57,402 nt of DNA from Kiritimatiellia bacterium. GTDB lineage: Bacteria > Verrucomicrobiota > Kiritimatiellia > RFP12 > UBA1067. Both the position numbers and the translations under genes were made by a program. Of the stretch, positions 37,302 through 47,076 are shown in pieces (positions within the stretch are counted from its first letter, which is position 1; each line of letters starts with the position of its first letter). The notes under the pieces are model-generated. The model was not told the DNA's origin. It ran no database searches and saw only the letters and a list, made by a program, of their open reading frames with translations. The stretch spans positions 1-57,402 of the forward strand of contig JAZSLQ010000114.1 in the NCBI GenBank assembly GCA_045535455.1, given 5' to 3'.

Positions 37302-38990
37302 ATGAGCGAGAACTCTCTTGCAAACATGATATTGAAGTCCGCCGGAATCTACTCCGACGAACAACTTCAGCGCATTGCCGAAAGCCGCGCGGCGAACCCC
37401 GGAATGGGGCTCGCGGAGGCCGCCGTCAAGTTCGGCGGGGCGAAGGAAATCGAGTTCCTTTCGGCGGTCGGGAAGTCGCTCGGCCTTGAGACGGTCGACC
37501 TCGAACACCAGCAGCCGAACCCAGACGCGCTCACGAAACTCCCCGCGTCGGCAGTCTACCAGTACAACGTCCTCCCGTTCAAGACCGACGGCACTTCGCT
37601 TACAATCGTCACCTCCGACCCGTTTGACACCGCCGCGGCGGATGGCCTCCGGCTTGTCGCGGGCTGCCCGATAAAGACCTCGCTCGCCCCGAAGGAAGAA
37701 GTCGAGAAGGCCGTAAAGAAATACTACGGCGTCGGCGCGGACGCGATCGAGAAGATGATCGAGGACGGCCGCTATTCCGTCGACGAAGACATCGGCGCAA
37801 TGACGAAGATCGACGTCAACGAGATGGGCGAAGAGGCGTCGATCGTCAAGTTCGTAAACCAGATCATCGCTGAAGCCGACCGCCAGGGCGCGACCGATAT
37901 CCACATCGAGCCGCAGGAGACGGAACTCCGAATCCGCTACCGCATCGACGGCATGCTACACAAGGTCGACGTTCCGCCGCAGCTGAACCGCCTCAAGAGC
38001 GCAATCATCTCTCGTATCAAGGTCATGGCGAACCTCGATATCGCCGAGAAGCGCCTCCCGATGGACGGCCGCATCGGCATCCGCATCGCTGGCCAGGACA
38101 TCGACATCCGCGTCTCGACCATGCCTGCCGCGTATGGCGAGTCGATCTCCCTCCGACTTCTCGCGAAGAGCGGCAACTTCGTAAAGATGGACGACCTCGG
38201 CTTCAACGAGCGCGACTACGCGGTCGTCAACAAGATCATCCACCGCCCGAACGGCATCTTCCTCGTGACGGGGCCCACTGGCTCCGGCAAGTCGACGTCG
38301 CTCTACTCGTTCCTTTCCGAAGTCAACAAGATCGACGTCCGCATCATGACGGCCGAGGACCCGATAGAATACCACATGGCCGGCATCAACCAGGTGCAGA
38401 TGCAGTCTGAGATCGGCATGACGTTCGCGAGGGCGCTCCGCGCGTTTCTGCGTCAGGACCCCGACATCATCATGGTCGGCGAAATCCGCGACCGCGAGAC
38501 GGCCGAGATCGCGATCAACGCGTCGCTCACGGGCCACATGGTGTTTTCGACGCTGCACACCAACGACGCGGCAGGCGCGTTTCCGCGTCTTATCGACATG
38601 GGCGTTGAGCCGTTCCTCATCGCCTCCGCCGTCGCGGGCGTGATGGGTCAGCGCCTCTGCCGCCGCCTCTGCCCGCAGTGCAAGAAGGAAGTCCCGCTCG
38701 ACATGAAGTACTACTCGCTCGACACGCCCCCCGAGAGGAATACGGTGTTCGAGCCCGCCGGTTGCGATGTCTGCACGAGGACCGGCTACAAGGGGCGCCG
38801 CGCTCTCTTCGAGGTGCTGGAAGTCGACGAGGACATCGAGGGCGCGATCGTCCGCCGCGAGAACGCGACTCAGATTCGCAACATCTCTCTCTCGAAGGGC
38901 ATGAAGACTCTGCGCGAGGACGGCTGGGCGAAGGTGTTTGCGGGCGTCACGAGCGTCAAGGAAATCTTGCGCGTCACGGAAGATCAGTGA
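37302..38990 (+). CDS. GspE/PilB family secretion or pilus assembly ATPase
   Basis: ATDIHIEP, GPTGSGKS, EDPIEY, LRQDPD, GHMVFSTLH, CxxC pairs. Confidence 0.92.
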   Translation: MSENSLANMILKSAGIYSDEQLQRIAESRAANPGMGLAEAAVKFGGAKEIEFLSAVGKSLGLETVDLEHQQPNPDALTKLPASAVYQYNVLPFKTDGTSLTIVTSDPFDTAAADGLRLVAGCPIKTSLAPKEEVEKAVKKYYGVGADAIEKMIEDGRYSVDEDIGAMTKIDVNEMGEEASIVKFVNQIIAEADRQGATDIHIEPQETELRIRYRIDGMLHKVDVPPQLNRLKSAIISRIKVMANLDIAEKRLPMDGRIGIRIAGQDIDIRVSTMPAAYGESISLRLLAKSGNFVKMDDLGFNERDYAVVNKIIHRPNGIFLVTGPTGSGKSTSLYSFLSEVNKIDVRIMTAEDPIEYHMAGINQVQMQSEIGMTFARALRAFLRQDPDIIMVGEIRDRETAEIAINASLTGHMVFSTLHTNDAAGAFPRLIDMGVEPFLIASAVAGVMGQRLCRRLCPQCKKEVPLDMKYYSLDTPPERNTVFEPAGCDVCTRTGYKGRRALFEVLEVDEDIEGAIVRRENATQIRNISLSKGMKTLREDGWAKVFAGVTSVKEILRVTEDQ

Positions 38991-40408
38991 TGCCCGGTCT
39001 TTCAGGCGAGCTACGTCAGAAGCTTACGCAGAGCCAGACCCTTGCTCCGCAGATGCGGCAGGGGCTTGAGCTCCTTGCGATGAGTCTTCCCGAGCTCCGC
39101 CAGCGGCTTTACGAGGAGATGAGCCGCAATCCGTGCATTGAGGACATAGAGGCGACTCTCGAGAGTACGACAGTCTCCGAGAAGGTGCGCGAGATGGAGC
39201 GCGACGAGAGCGCCGACGATTCTGATTCCCAGGGCGAGGATTACGAGCCCGAGTTTGGCGCCGCCGCGGCGATTACGCGGGACGAGGAGGCGGACGAGAG
39301 GCGCCAGCGCTTTTTCGACAGGCAGACGAAGGAGGAGACGCTTGAAGAGCATCTTCTCGCCCAGCTCAAGATGTCGGACATCGACGAGAAGGATCTGCCG
39401 CTCGCGGAGATGCTGATAGGCGAGCTGAATGCCGACGGGCGTTTCATAGGTTCGATTCCCGACATCGTGATGGTTTCTGGCGAAAGCGAGGAGAAGATAG
39501 TCGCCGTCCTCAAGGAGGTAATGCAGCTTGACCCTCCTGGATGTGGCGCGAGGACGCCTCAGGAATGCCTCTTGGCGCAGATAGACAAGCTTGACGGCTC
39601 GCCGTATCAGGAAGAAGTGCGCGCGCTCATCGAGCGCCACTTCGAGGACATGGCGGAAGGGCGCATCGCTGCCATCGAGCACGACCTCGGCATTTCGCAC
39701 GAGCGCTACGCCGACATACTGAGGGAACTTCGTACGCTCGAGCCGCGCCCAGGACGCGCGTATGACCTCGCGGGGAAGTCGATAAGCTACGTCCATCCCG
39801 AGGTGCATGTCGTCAAGACCGACGAGGGTTGGGAGGCGAGGGTGGACGACAGGAGTCTTCCCGAGGTGCATATCTCGCCGAAGTACCTGAAGATGCTTGC
39901 CGACCCGAATGTCGACAAGGAGACGAAGAGCTACATTCGCCAGCGCATAGCGGCGGCAAACTCCCTCGCCGAGGCGGTGGAACGCCGCCAGCAGACTATC
40001 ACCGACATCGCGCAGGCAATCTTCGACGCCCAGCCCGGCTTCTTCGAAAAGGGGCTCAAGGGCCTGCGGCCGATGACGATGCAGGAGATCGCGGAAAAGA
40101 CTGGCGTTCACCACGCGACGGTGTCGCGCACCGTCCGCGACAAATACGCCTCGACGCCGAAGGGGACTGTCGAACTCAGGAAGTTCTTCACTTCTGGAAT
40201 CACGACCGATTCAGGCGAGCAGGTCACGAAAGACGCGCTTCGCGAACGGCTTGCCGCCATCATAGAGGGCGAAGACAAGGCGCATCCACTGTCGGACGAC
40301 CGGCTTTCTGAAATGCTCAAGAAAGAAGGGTTCCCGGTCGCTCGCAGGACGGTAGCGAAGTACAGAGGTCTTTTGGGCATACCGGGAATGTCGGAGCGCC
40401 GTCGCTGA
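38990..40408 (+). CDS. rpoN: RNA polymerase sigma-54 factor
   Basis: Q-rich region I, LDPPGCGAR, HHATVSR helix-turn-helix, RpoN box ARRTVAKYR. Confidence 0.95.
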   Translation: MPGLSGELRQKLTQSQTLAPQMRQGLELLAMSLPELRQRLYEEMSRNPCIEDIEATLESTTVSEKVREMERDESADDSDSQGEDYEPEFGAAAAITRDEEADERRQRFFDRQTKEETLEEHLLAQLKMSDIDEKDLPLAEMLIGELNADGRFIGSIPDIVMVSGESEEKIVAVLKEVMQLDPPGCGARTPQECLLAQIDKLDGSPYQEEVRALIERHFEDMAEGRIAAIEHDLGISHERYADILRELRTLEPRPGRAYDLAGKSISYVHPEVHVVKTDEGWEARVDDRSLPEVHISPKYLKMLADPNVDKETKSYIRQRIAAANSLAEAVERRQQTITDIAQAIFDAQPGFFEKGLKGLRPMTMQEIAEKTGVHHATVSRTVRDKYASTPKGTVELRKFFTSGITTDSGEQVTKDALRERLAAIIEGEDKAHPLSDDRLSEMLKKEGFPVARRTVAKYRGLLGIPGMSERRR

Positions 40409-40476
40409 TTTACGCGTTAGAAACTGCACATAATGTGAAAAACGGCTCTGATAACCAACAACAGACGCCGTATTTT

Positions 40477-40485
40477 TGGTATAAT
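40477..40485 (+). promoter_or_regulatory. Extended -10 promoter of metY
   Basis: TGGTATAAT. Confidence 0.65.
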
Positions 40486-40520
40486 TTATACTCCTACTTC
40501 ACATCGAAAGGACATGACAA

Positions 40521-41798
40521 GTGAAGATTGACACACTATGCGTTCAGGGCGGCTGGTATCCCAAGTGCGGCGAGCCGCGCCAGGTTCCCGTGTATTCATC
40601 GACGACGTTTAAGTACGACACGACACAGCACATGGCCGACTTGTTCGACCTGAAGGCGTCAGGGTATTTCTACACCCGTCTCGCAAACCCTACTAACGAT
40701 GCGGTGGCGAAGAAGATCGCCGCGCTCGAGGGTGGCGTCGCGGCGATCCTCACGAGCTCCGGACAGGCGGCCTCTACGTTCGCGATCCTCAACCTCTGCA
40801 ATGCTGGCGACCATGTCGTTGCGTCCGCGCAGATTTACGGCGGCACGTTCAACCTCTTTGCCGTCTCGCTCAAGAAGCTTGGCATCGAGTTCACTTTCGT
40901 CGATCCCGACGCTACAGAGAAGGAGATTCAGAAGGCGTTTCGCCCGAACACGAAGTGCGTTTTCGGAGAGACGGTCGCGAACCCCTCTGGCTGCGTCCTC
41001 GACATTGCCAAGTTCGCGCGCATCGCGCACAAGAACGGCGTGCCGCTGATTGTTGACAACACGTTCCCGACCCCGATTCTCTGCCGTCCGTTCGAATTCG
41101 GCTGCGACATCGTGACGCATGCTACGACGAAATACATGGACGGCCACTCCTCGCAGGTCGGCGGCTGCATCGTGGACTCCGGTAATTTCGACTGGTCGAA
41201 GCACGCCGACAAGTTCCCCGGGCTTGTTGAGCCCGACGCCTCGTACCACGGTCTCAGCTACGTCAAGGCGTTCGGCAAGATGGCGTTCATCGTGAAGTGC
41301 ACCGCGCACCTGATGCGCGACTTCGGCTCGATTCCTTCGCCGTTCAACGCGTTCCTCCTGAACCTCGGCCTCGAGTCGCTGCACCTCAGGATACGCCGCC
41401 ACGCGGAATCGGCGCTCAAAATCGCCAAGTGGCTCAAGACGCAGAAGAAGGTCGCTTGGGTCAACTTCGCTGGGCTTCCCGGCTCGAAGTACAACAAGCT
41501 CGTCAAGAAGCAATTCAACGGCAACTCGCCGTGCGGCGTGATGACGTTCGGCATAAAGGGCGGCCGCAAGGCGTCCATCAAGTTCATGGACTCGCTGAAG
41601 CTCATCGGTATCGTGACGCACGTTGCAGACGCCTGGAGCTGTGTCCTGCACCCGGCTTCGCACACCCACCGCCAGCTGACGGATGCGCAACTCAAGGCGG
41701 CCGGCATCCCGCCGGACCTGATCCGCTTCTCCGTCGGCCTCGAGGATCCAGACGACCTCATAGCCGATTTGAAACAGGCGCTCGCTAAGGTAAAGTGA
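40521..41798 (+). CDS. metY: O-acetylhomoserine aminocarboxypropyltransferase
   Basis: YTRLANPT, SSGQAA, VDNTF, HATTKYMDGH (PLP lysine), HPASHTHRQL. Confidence 0.9.
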   Translation: MKIDTLCVQGGWYPKCGEPRQVPVYSSTTFKYDTTQHMADLFDLKASGYFYTRLANPTNDAVAKKIAALEGGVAAILTSSGQAASTFAILNLCNAGDHVVASAQIYGGTFNLFAVSLKKLGIEFTFVDPDATEKEIQKAFRPNTKCVFGETVANPSGCVLDIAKFARIAHKNGVPLIVDNTFPTPILCRPFEFGCDIVTHATTKYMDGHSSQVGGCIVDSGNFDWSKHADKFPGLVEPDASYHGLSYVKAFGKMAFIVKCTAHLMRDFGSIPSPFNAFLLNLGLESLHLRIRRHAESALKIAKWLKTQKKVAWVNFAGLPGSKYNKLVKKQFNGNSPCGVMTFGIKGGRKASIKFMDSLKLIGIVTHVADAWSCVLHPASHTHRQLTDAQLKAAGIPPDLIRFSVGLEDPDDLIADLKQALAKVK

Positions 41799-41817
41799 TT
41801 TTTGGAGGGCTCTGACA

Positions 41818-44800
41818 ATGAAACAGTTCAAGGATGTTGGCAAAAGGGGCGGGGAGTGGCTCGTAGCCGGTGTGCTCGCGGCGGCGGCGGCGCTTCTCTA
41901 CTTCTGTACGATGGCGTCATGCGCTTACCCTGGCGAGGGCGCACATCTGATGACATTGTGGAAAGGGCTTGACTCGGCTGCGGTCAACGTCCATCCGCTG
42001 ATGGCGGTGTTCGCTCGCCTGCTCGGGTGCTCGAACATCCTCGGTCCTTTGTGCGGAATAGTGTCGGTTGTCGCGCTCTATCACCTGACGTCGTTCTTTA
42101 TCCGCGAGCGCATTGGCGGTGAATTGCTTTCGCAATACGCCGACAGCATGGGGCGCCTGGCCGGCATCGTCGCAGCCGTCGTCTTCATGGCGACTCCTGC
42201 CGTCCAGCAGTCGTTCACCCACCTGAGTTCATTTTCTTTTGACGCTGCCTGGGCGCTCGTCACCGCGACGCTTCTGATTCCCTACGCCCGCGCCGGAAAT
42301 AAAACTGGTTGGATGTTCCCGATTCTCATCGGCATCTTTGCTGGTCTCGGCTTTGCCGACTCCCCGCTTTTCGGGCTTCTTGCTCCGCTCTACTTCGGCG
42401 GCGTCTGGGCCGTGTCTGGCAAGCGCGGCGGCAAGCCGTACGGTGCGGCGTTCGCGTTCCTTCTCATCGCGATCGTCACGCTGTTTGTCTATGCCCCCAA
42501 CGCGTCGGGCAACTTCACCGAGCACATGCGGGCCCATTGGAACGAAACGAAGATGTGGCTGTCCGCAGATGGCTGGTTCCTTGTTGGGGCTTTTGCGGTC
42601 GTGCCGTTTGTCGTGGCGCTTTTCTCGAGTTTCGGCGCCTACAACCGCGAGAGCGGGTTTTCACAGTGGATATACCACGTCGCGATGAGTTTTGTGACGA
42701 TTCTCGCCGTCGCAACGCCGCTTTCCCCGTCGTCGCTCATGCGCCCCTATGGGCTTCTTCCCGTCGTGCCCTGTGCGCTTGCGGCATTTACCGCTGCCTA
42801 TCTTGTGGCGTACTGGTGGCTGCTCGCCGTCGCGAAGGTCCGCAAGAACGAGTCTATTGACACCGCGCCAGTGGCATTGAAGGGCCGCACGCTCGCGCTC
42901 GCGGTCCTTCCCGTGCTGTCGCTTGTTATGGTCATCACCATTCTCTTGAATCTCTTTTCGTTCGACAGTTCGCGCGGCGATTTTGCCGACCGCACGGCCG
43001 AGAAGCTTATTGCCGATCTTGGCGACCGCACGTGGTTCATCACCGACGGACTTCTCGACGACCACTTGCGCCTTGCGGCCGCGAAGACGGGCAAGGAACT
43101 CAATCTCGTGTGCCTGCAACGTGACCTCGACATGCGCTATCTTGGCGAGCTTGCAAAACTCGTCGAGGAGAAGGGAATCGGCGGAGAGAAGAATCGCGGG
43201 CTCTCGATTTCCCTTTCTCTCGGCGTGCTTGCGTTTGTGCAGGACTGGTTTGCGGCAGATCCCGACATCGCGAAGAGGGCCGCTATCTTTGGTGCGCCTG
43301 ATCTCTGGTACGCCGCAGGGATGAAAGCCGTGCCCGAGTTCCTCTTCTTTGGCGCCGACCCAACCCGCAAGCCAGACTGGAGCGTGTGGGACGAATTTGA
43401 CAAGATCCTTGCGCCGCCAAAAGACGTGAAGGAATGGGGCAGCTACCGGCTTTGGAAGGAGAACGACCCGATTGAACTTGCTCGTCTCCGGCTTCGCCGC
43501 CATATCGGCCTCGTTGCCAACGACCGCGGCGTGTGGCTTCAGGACGTCGGCGACGATGACGGCGCGTTCAACATGTACGAGCTCGTCCTTAACTCAATTG
43601 ACAGGGACAACGTCTGCGCACTTTTCAACGAGTTCGAGATGGCGCGCGCAGGCCATCCGAAGGCGGCGCGCAGGAAGAACGACATCGAGAAGGCGTTTAA
43701 GGCCATCGTAGACGACAGGGAGCGTCGCTATGTCCTCTGGAAACTCGCCAACGTCTATGGTTACATCAGGAATCCCGAGATATTCGTCCGTCTTGGCTTT
43801 GCGTGGGCGAAGTCTGGTCGCCCGGGCGAGGCGTTGAACCAGATCCGCCGCGCGATCGACTTTGTCCCGACCGAGCGTCGCTCGAGCTTGCTCAACATGA
43901 TGGCCGCGCTTTATGCGAGCGACAGCGACGTCAAGAAGTCGAGGGCGACGTACGAGGAAGTGCTCTCCAGGGATGCCGAAAACCACGATGCGCTCGTCGG
44001 GCTTATGCGCCTCGAGCTCCTCGAGGGCAACAGCGCGAGGGCAATCGAGTATCTGGAACGCGCGACAAAGGCCGCCAAGGACGATCCACGCGTCGCAATC
44101 GAAGTTGCGATGCTCCATCTCATTAAAAACGAGCTTTCCGAGGCGAAGACGATGCTTACGAGGTCGACGGATCTCGATCCGACGAATCTTCAGGCGTGGT
44201 CGCTTCTTGCCGCCGTCTCTTTCCAGCAGTTTGACGTTTCGAAGGACCCGGCCGAGAGGGCGGCTCTCCTCAAGAACGTCGAGAACGTCATACTTCCGGA
44301 AATGGAGAAGAATGCCAAGGACGCGAACGACTACAACATCCAGTCCACCCGCGCGTTCCTTTTGCTGCGCCAGGGCGACGAGAAGCGCAAAGCTGCACGC
44401 GATATGTTTGCCGCGGCAATCAAGACGCGCCCCGACGTGCAGGCGACGCAGGACATAGTGCTCGGACTCGACATTTCCCTCAACGACACGGCCGACGCAG
44501 AATATCATGCGAGGGAAGTGCTGAGGCGCAACCGCAAGGCGCCGCTCGCCAACTACGTCATGGGCTCTCTTGCGCTCCAGAAGGGCAAGTACGAGGAGGC
44601 CGAAATGTTCCTAAGGAGGGCATGCGAGACGACGCGTCCCGTCGTCCTTGCGCAGAACGACCTTGCCGAGGTCTTGAGGCGTACGAAGCGACTCGAGGAG
44701 GCCGAGCGCTATGCGCGACTCGCCGTCCGCACTTCACCAGATCTCTATGTCGCATGGGAGACGCTCGGCTCAATTCTCCTCGACGCCAACGGCGACCTCA

Positions 44801-45021
44801 ACGAGGCCGAACAGTGCATCTCCAAGGCGTGCGATCTTTCAAAGTCCAAGTCCGGCAAGGAGGAGGACGTCCGCATGCTGATCGCCCTCGCGAGAGTGCA
44901 GATTGCGAAGGGAGATCGCCAGCGCGCCAACATGACGATTCGCAAGGTCAAAGGGCGTGTGAAGGAACTTTCAGAGTTCGAGCGCGGCGAGTTCGAGGAG
45001 CTCAGCAAGAGTGTTCGCTGA
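41818..45021 (+). CDS. Polytopic membrane protein (DUF2723/GT-C-like) with C-terminal TPR array
   Basis: About 11 TM segments in the first 390 aa; TPR-like helices in the C-terminal half. Confidence 0.6.
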   Translation: MKQFKDVGKRGGEWLVAGVLAAAAALLYFCTMASCAYPGEGAHLMTLWKGLDSAAVNVHPLMAVFARLLGCSNILGPLCGIVSVVALYHLTSFFIRERIGGELLSQYADSMGRLAGIVAAVVFMATPAVQQSFTHLSSFSFDAAWALVTATLLIPYARAGNKTGWMFPILIGIFAGLGFADSPLFGLLAPLYFGGVWAVSGKRGGKPYGAAFAFLLIAIVTLFVYAPNASGNFTEHMRAHWNETKMWLSADGWFLVGAFAVVPFVVALFSSFGAYNRESGFSQWIYHVAMSFVTILAVATPLSPSSLMRPYGLLPVVPCALAAFTAAYLVAYWWLLAVAKVRKNESIDTAPVALKGRTLALAVLPVLSLVMVITILLNLFSFDSSRGDFADRTAEKLIADLGDRTWFITDGLLDDHLRLAAAKTGKELNLVCLQRDLDMRYLGELAKLVEEKGIGGEKNRGLSISLSLGVLAFVQDWFAADPDIAKRAAIFGAPDLWYAAGMKAVPEFLFFGADPTRKPDWSVWDEFDKILAPPKDVKEWGSYRLWKENDPIELARLRLRRHIGLVANDRGVWLQDVGDDDGAFNMYELVLNSIDRDNVCALFNEFEMARAGHPKAARRKNDIEKAFKAIVDDRERRYVLWKLANVYGYIRNPEIFVRLGFAWAKSGRPGEALNQIRRAIDFVPTERRSSLLNMMAALYASDSDVKKSRATYEEVLSRDAENHDALVGLMRLELLEGNSARAIEYLERATKAAKDDPRVAIEVAMLHLIKNELSEAKTMLTRSTDLDPTNLQAWSLLAAVSFQQFDVSKDPAERAALLKNVENVILPEMEKNAKDANDYNIQSTRAFLLLRQGDEKRKAARDMFAAAIKTRPDVQATQDIVLGLDISLNDTADAEYHAREVLRRNRKAPLANYVMGSLALQKGKYEEAEMFLRRACETTRPVVLAQNDLAEVLRRTKRLEEAERYARLAVRTSPDLYVAWETLGSILLDANGDLNEAEQCISKACDLSKSKSGKEEDVRMLIALARVQIAKGDRQRANMTIRKVKGRVKELSEFERGEFEELSKSVR

Positions 45022-46147
45022 ACTTCTTCTTGCCGCGACATTCCAAGTTGGGCCGTTCTACGAGCAGCGACCCGCTGACGACTATCTCGCAGTTCGTCCT
45101 TTCTATGCGCATGAGGGCGATGTGGACGACGTCTTCTGGCCTGTCTTCACCTCGCATCGCGACTGGTGGCGGTTCTGCTTTTTTCTCAACTACCAGAGCC
45201 AGGACGACGGTGGTTGGCAGTTTGACCTGATTCCGTTCTGGTTCAACGGGCACAAACCGCAGCGCGGCGAGTGTGCCGCGGAGGACTACTGGGGGCTTTT
45301 CCCGATCTACGGCCACCATCCGCATATCCTCCTGATGTACGACATCGACTTTGCGCTGTGGCCCGTCTGGACGCGCTATCGCATGCCGCGTCCTTCTCAA
45401 GGGAAATGGCTCACGACGAACACTGTCCTTTTCCCGTTCTTCAGCTGGCGCGACGACGGCGCTTGGAGCTTTTGGCCTTTCTACGGGGTAAACTATCAGC
45501 GAGAGAGCGACCACCAATACTTACTGTGGCCAATTGTCACTTGGGCTAACTACCGCGAGGACCGCGACACTGCGGGCGAGGGTAGCTCGTGGATGGTCTG
45601 GCCGCTTTATGGTCAGATTCGCCGTGCGCGCGAGCGCCAGGATCTTTTCATCCCGCCGTTTTTCTCGTGGACAGAAACTTATTCAAAATCCTGGGCAGCG
45701 CATCTCAACTCCGCTCCAGAAATGCGCCTGCGCTGCCCTTGGCCTATCTTCGAGTGGGAGTCTAACGCACGCAGAAGCCGTCTGTTGATATGGCCGCTTT
45801 ACGAGCGCGTAGACTGGCGTTCTTATGACAAGGGTGACGAAGCCGGGTCTGTCACGCGCTTTGGCTGGAAACTTGTAGAGCTCTATGACGACGAGACGCG
45901 CGTCTTTCCGTTCTGGACGAGTCGCAAGGATGATTCGTATTTTCGCCTTTGGCCTTTCTGGGAGTCGGAGTCGAAGGAGGATGGGTCGTCGAAGTCTCGG
46001 CTGCTTTCTCTTTTCCCGATACGCTGGGTTCCTGCCGTGGACCGCAACTGGTCCAAGTTCTGGACATTCTATGAAAGGGAGTCCAATCCCGTCTGCACTT
46101 ACCATTCGCTGCTGTGGGGAATCATAAGGTGGAGGACGGTCAAGTGA
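45011..46147 (+). CDS. Hypothetical aromatic-rich repeat protein (W/F-P-F/Y units), possibly outer membrane
   Basis: Repeated GPFY/WPFY/FPF strand-turn units; overlaps both neighbours. Confidence 0.6.
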   Translation: MFAELLLAATFQVGPFYEQRPADDYLAVRPFYAHEGDVDDVFWPVFTSHRDWWRFCFFLNYQSQDDGGWQFDLIPFWFNGHKPQRGECAAEDYWGLFPIYGHHPHILLMYDIDFALWPVWTRYRMPRPSQGKWLTTNTVLFPFFSWRDDGAWSFWPFYGVNYQRESDHQYLLWPIVTWANYREDRDTAGEGSSWMVWPLYGQIRRARERQDLFIPPFFSWTETYSKSWAAHLNSAPEMRLRCPWPIFEWESNARRSRLLIWPLYERVDWRSYDKGDEAGSVTRFGWKLVELYDDETRVFPFWTSRKDDSYFRLWPFWESESKEDGSSKSRLLSLFPIRWVPAVDRNWSKFWTFYERESNPVCTYHSLLWGIIRWRTVK

Positions 46148-47076
46148 CGCAGCGAATCAATGCCTGGCTTCGTGCCTTGAGAGTGAACCAGTGGACGAAG
46201 AACGGAATCGTCTTCCTCGCGTGGTTTTTTGCCGTCGCGGACCCTTCGCAGGCGGCGATGGCACGTGGCATACGGCCTTTCATTCTTGTCGCGGCGATGG
46301 CTGTTGCATTCTGCTTCATCTCAAGCGCGTTCTATCTTCTCAATGACGTAGCAGACTTCGAGGCCGACCGTCTCCATCCGATAAAGCGGCTGCGTCCCGT
46401 CGCGGCTGGGCTTGTGTCGCGCATCGACGCGGTCAGGGTTGCGCTTTCGCTTTTTGCCATTGCGCTGATGTTCCCGTGCTATCTCGTCTTCCGTCATCCC
46501 GACCGCACATGGGGCTTTGCGGTAATTCTCATCTACTCCGTGATGCAGTGCGCGTACTCTGGGTTTCTTAAACGCATTCCCTACATCGACGTCGTGGTTA
46601 TCGCGGCGGGCTTTGTCCTTCGCGCGATTGCTGGCGCTGCGGCGATGAACGTGCGAATCTCGCCGTGGCTCCTTGCATGCGCGTTCGCGCTTTCGCTCTT
46701 TATCGCGCTTGCCAAGCGCCGCCACGAAATGTCAGTGGCCATCGAGTCTCGCGCGGCGCTCTCTGGCTACCATCCCATCGTGCTCGACGTCCTGATGTTT
46801 ATGTCGGCTCTCGCGACGTTCATTGTCTACACGTGGTACACGCTTTCCCCCGATACGGTTGCACGCTTTGGAACGCGCTATCTCGTCGTCACCACCGTCT
46901 TTGTCGCACTCGGGCTTGCGCGCTATATTCGGCTCGTCTACTCAAAGGCCGATGTCGGACGTCCTGAGAAGATTCTCCTTTCCGACTGGCCGATGTGGAT
47001 TATACTTGCGCTCTACGGCGTTTCTGCCGTTCTTGCGGTTCTCCTTCGCTACGTCGTAACCGCTTCTGGTGTCTGA
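46144..47076 (+). CDS. UbiA-family prenyltransferase (polyprenyl-phosphate phosphoribosyltransferase-like)
   Basis: LR..QWTKN, YLLND..D.EADRLHP.KR.RP.A.G, GFVLRAIAG, KRRHE. Confidence 0.85.
   Translation: MTQRINAWLRALRVNQWTKNGIVFLAWFFAVADPSQAAMARGIRPFILVAAMAVAFCFISSAFYLLNDVADFEADRLHPIKRLRPVAAGLVSRIDAVRVALSLFAIALMFPCYLVFRHPDRTWGFAVILIYSVMQCAYSGFLKRIPYIDVVVIAAGFVLRAIAGAAAMNVRISPWLLACAFALSLFIALAKRRHEMSVAIESRAALSGYHPIVLDVLMFMSALATFIVYTWYTLSPDTVARFGTRYLVVTTVFVALGLARYIRLVYSKADVGRPEKILLSDWPMWIILALYGVSAVLAVLLRYVVTASGV

Noticed and set aside
40427-40437. CACAT-A-ATGTG palindrome upstream of metY
   Set aside because: Short, single occurrence; no riboswitch-length leader either.
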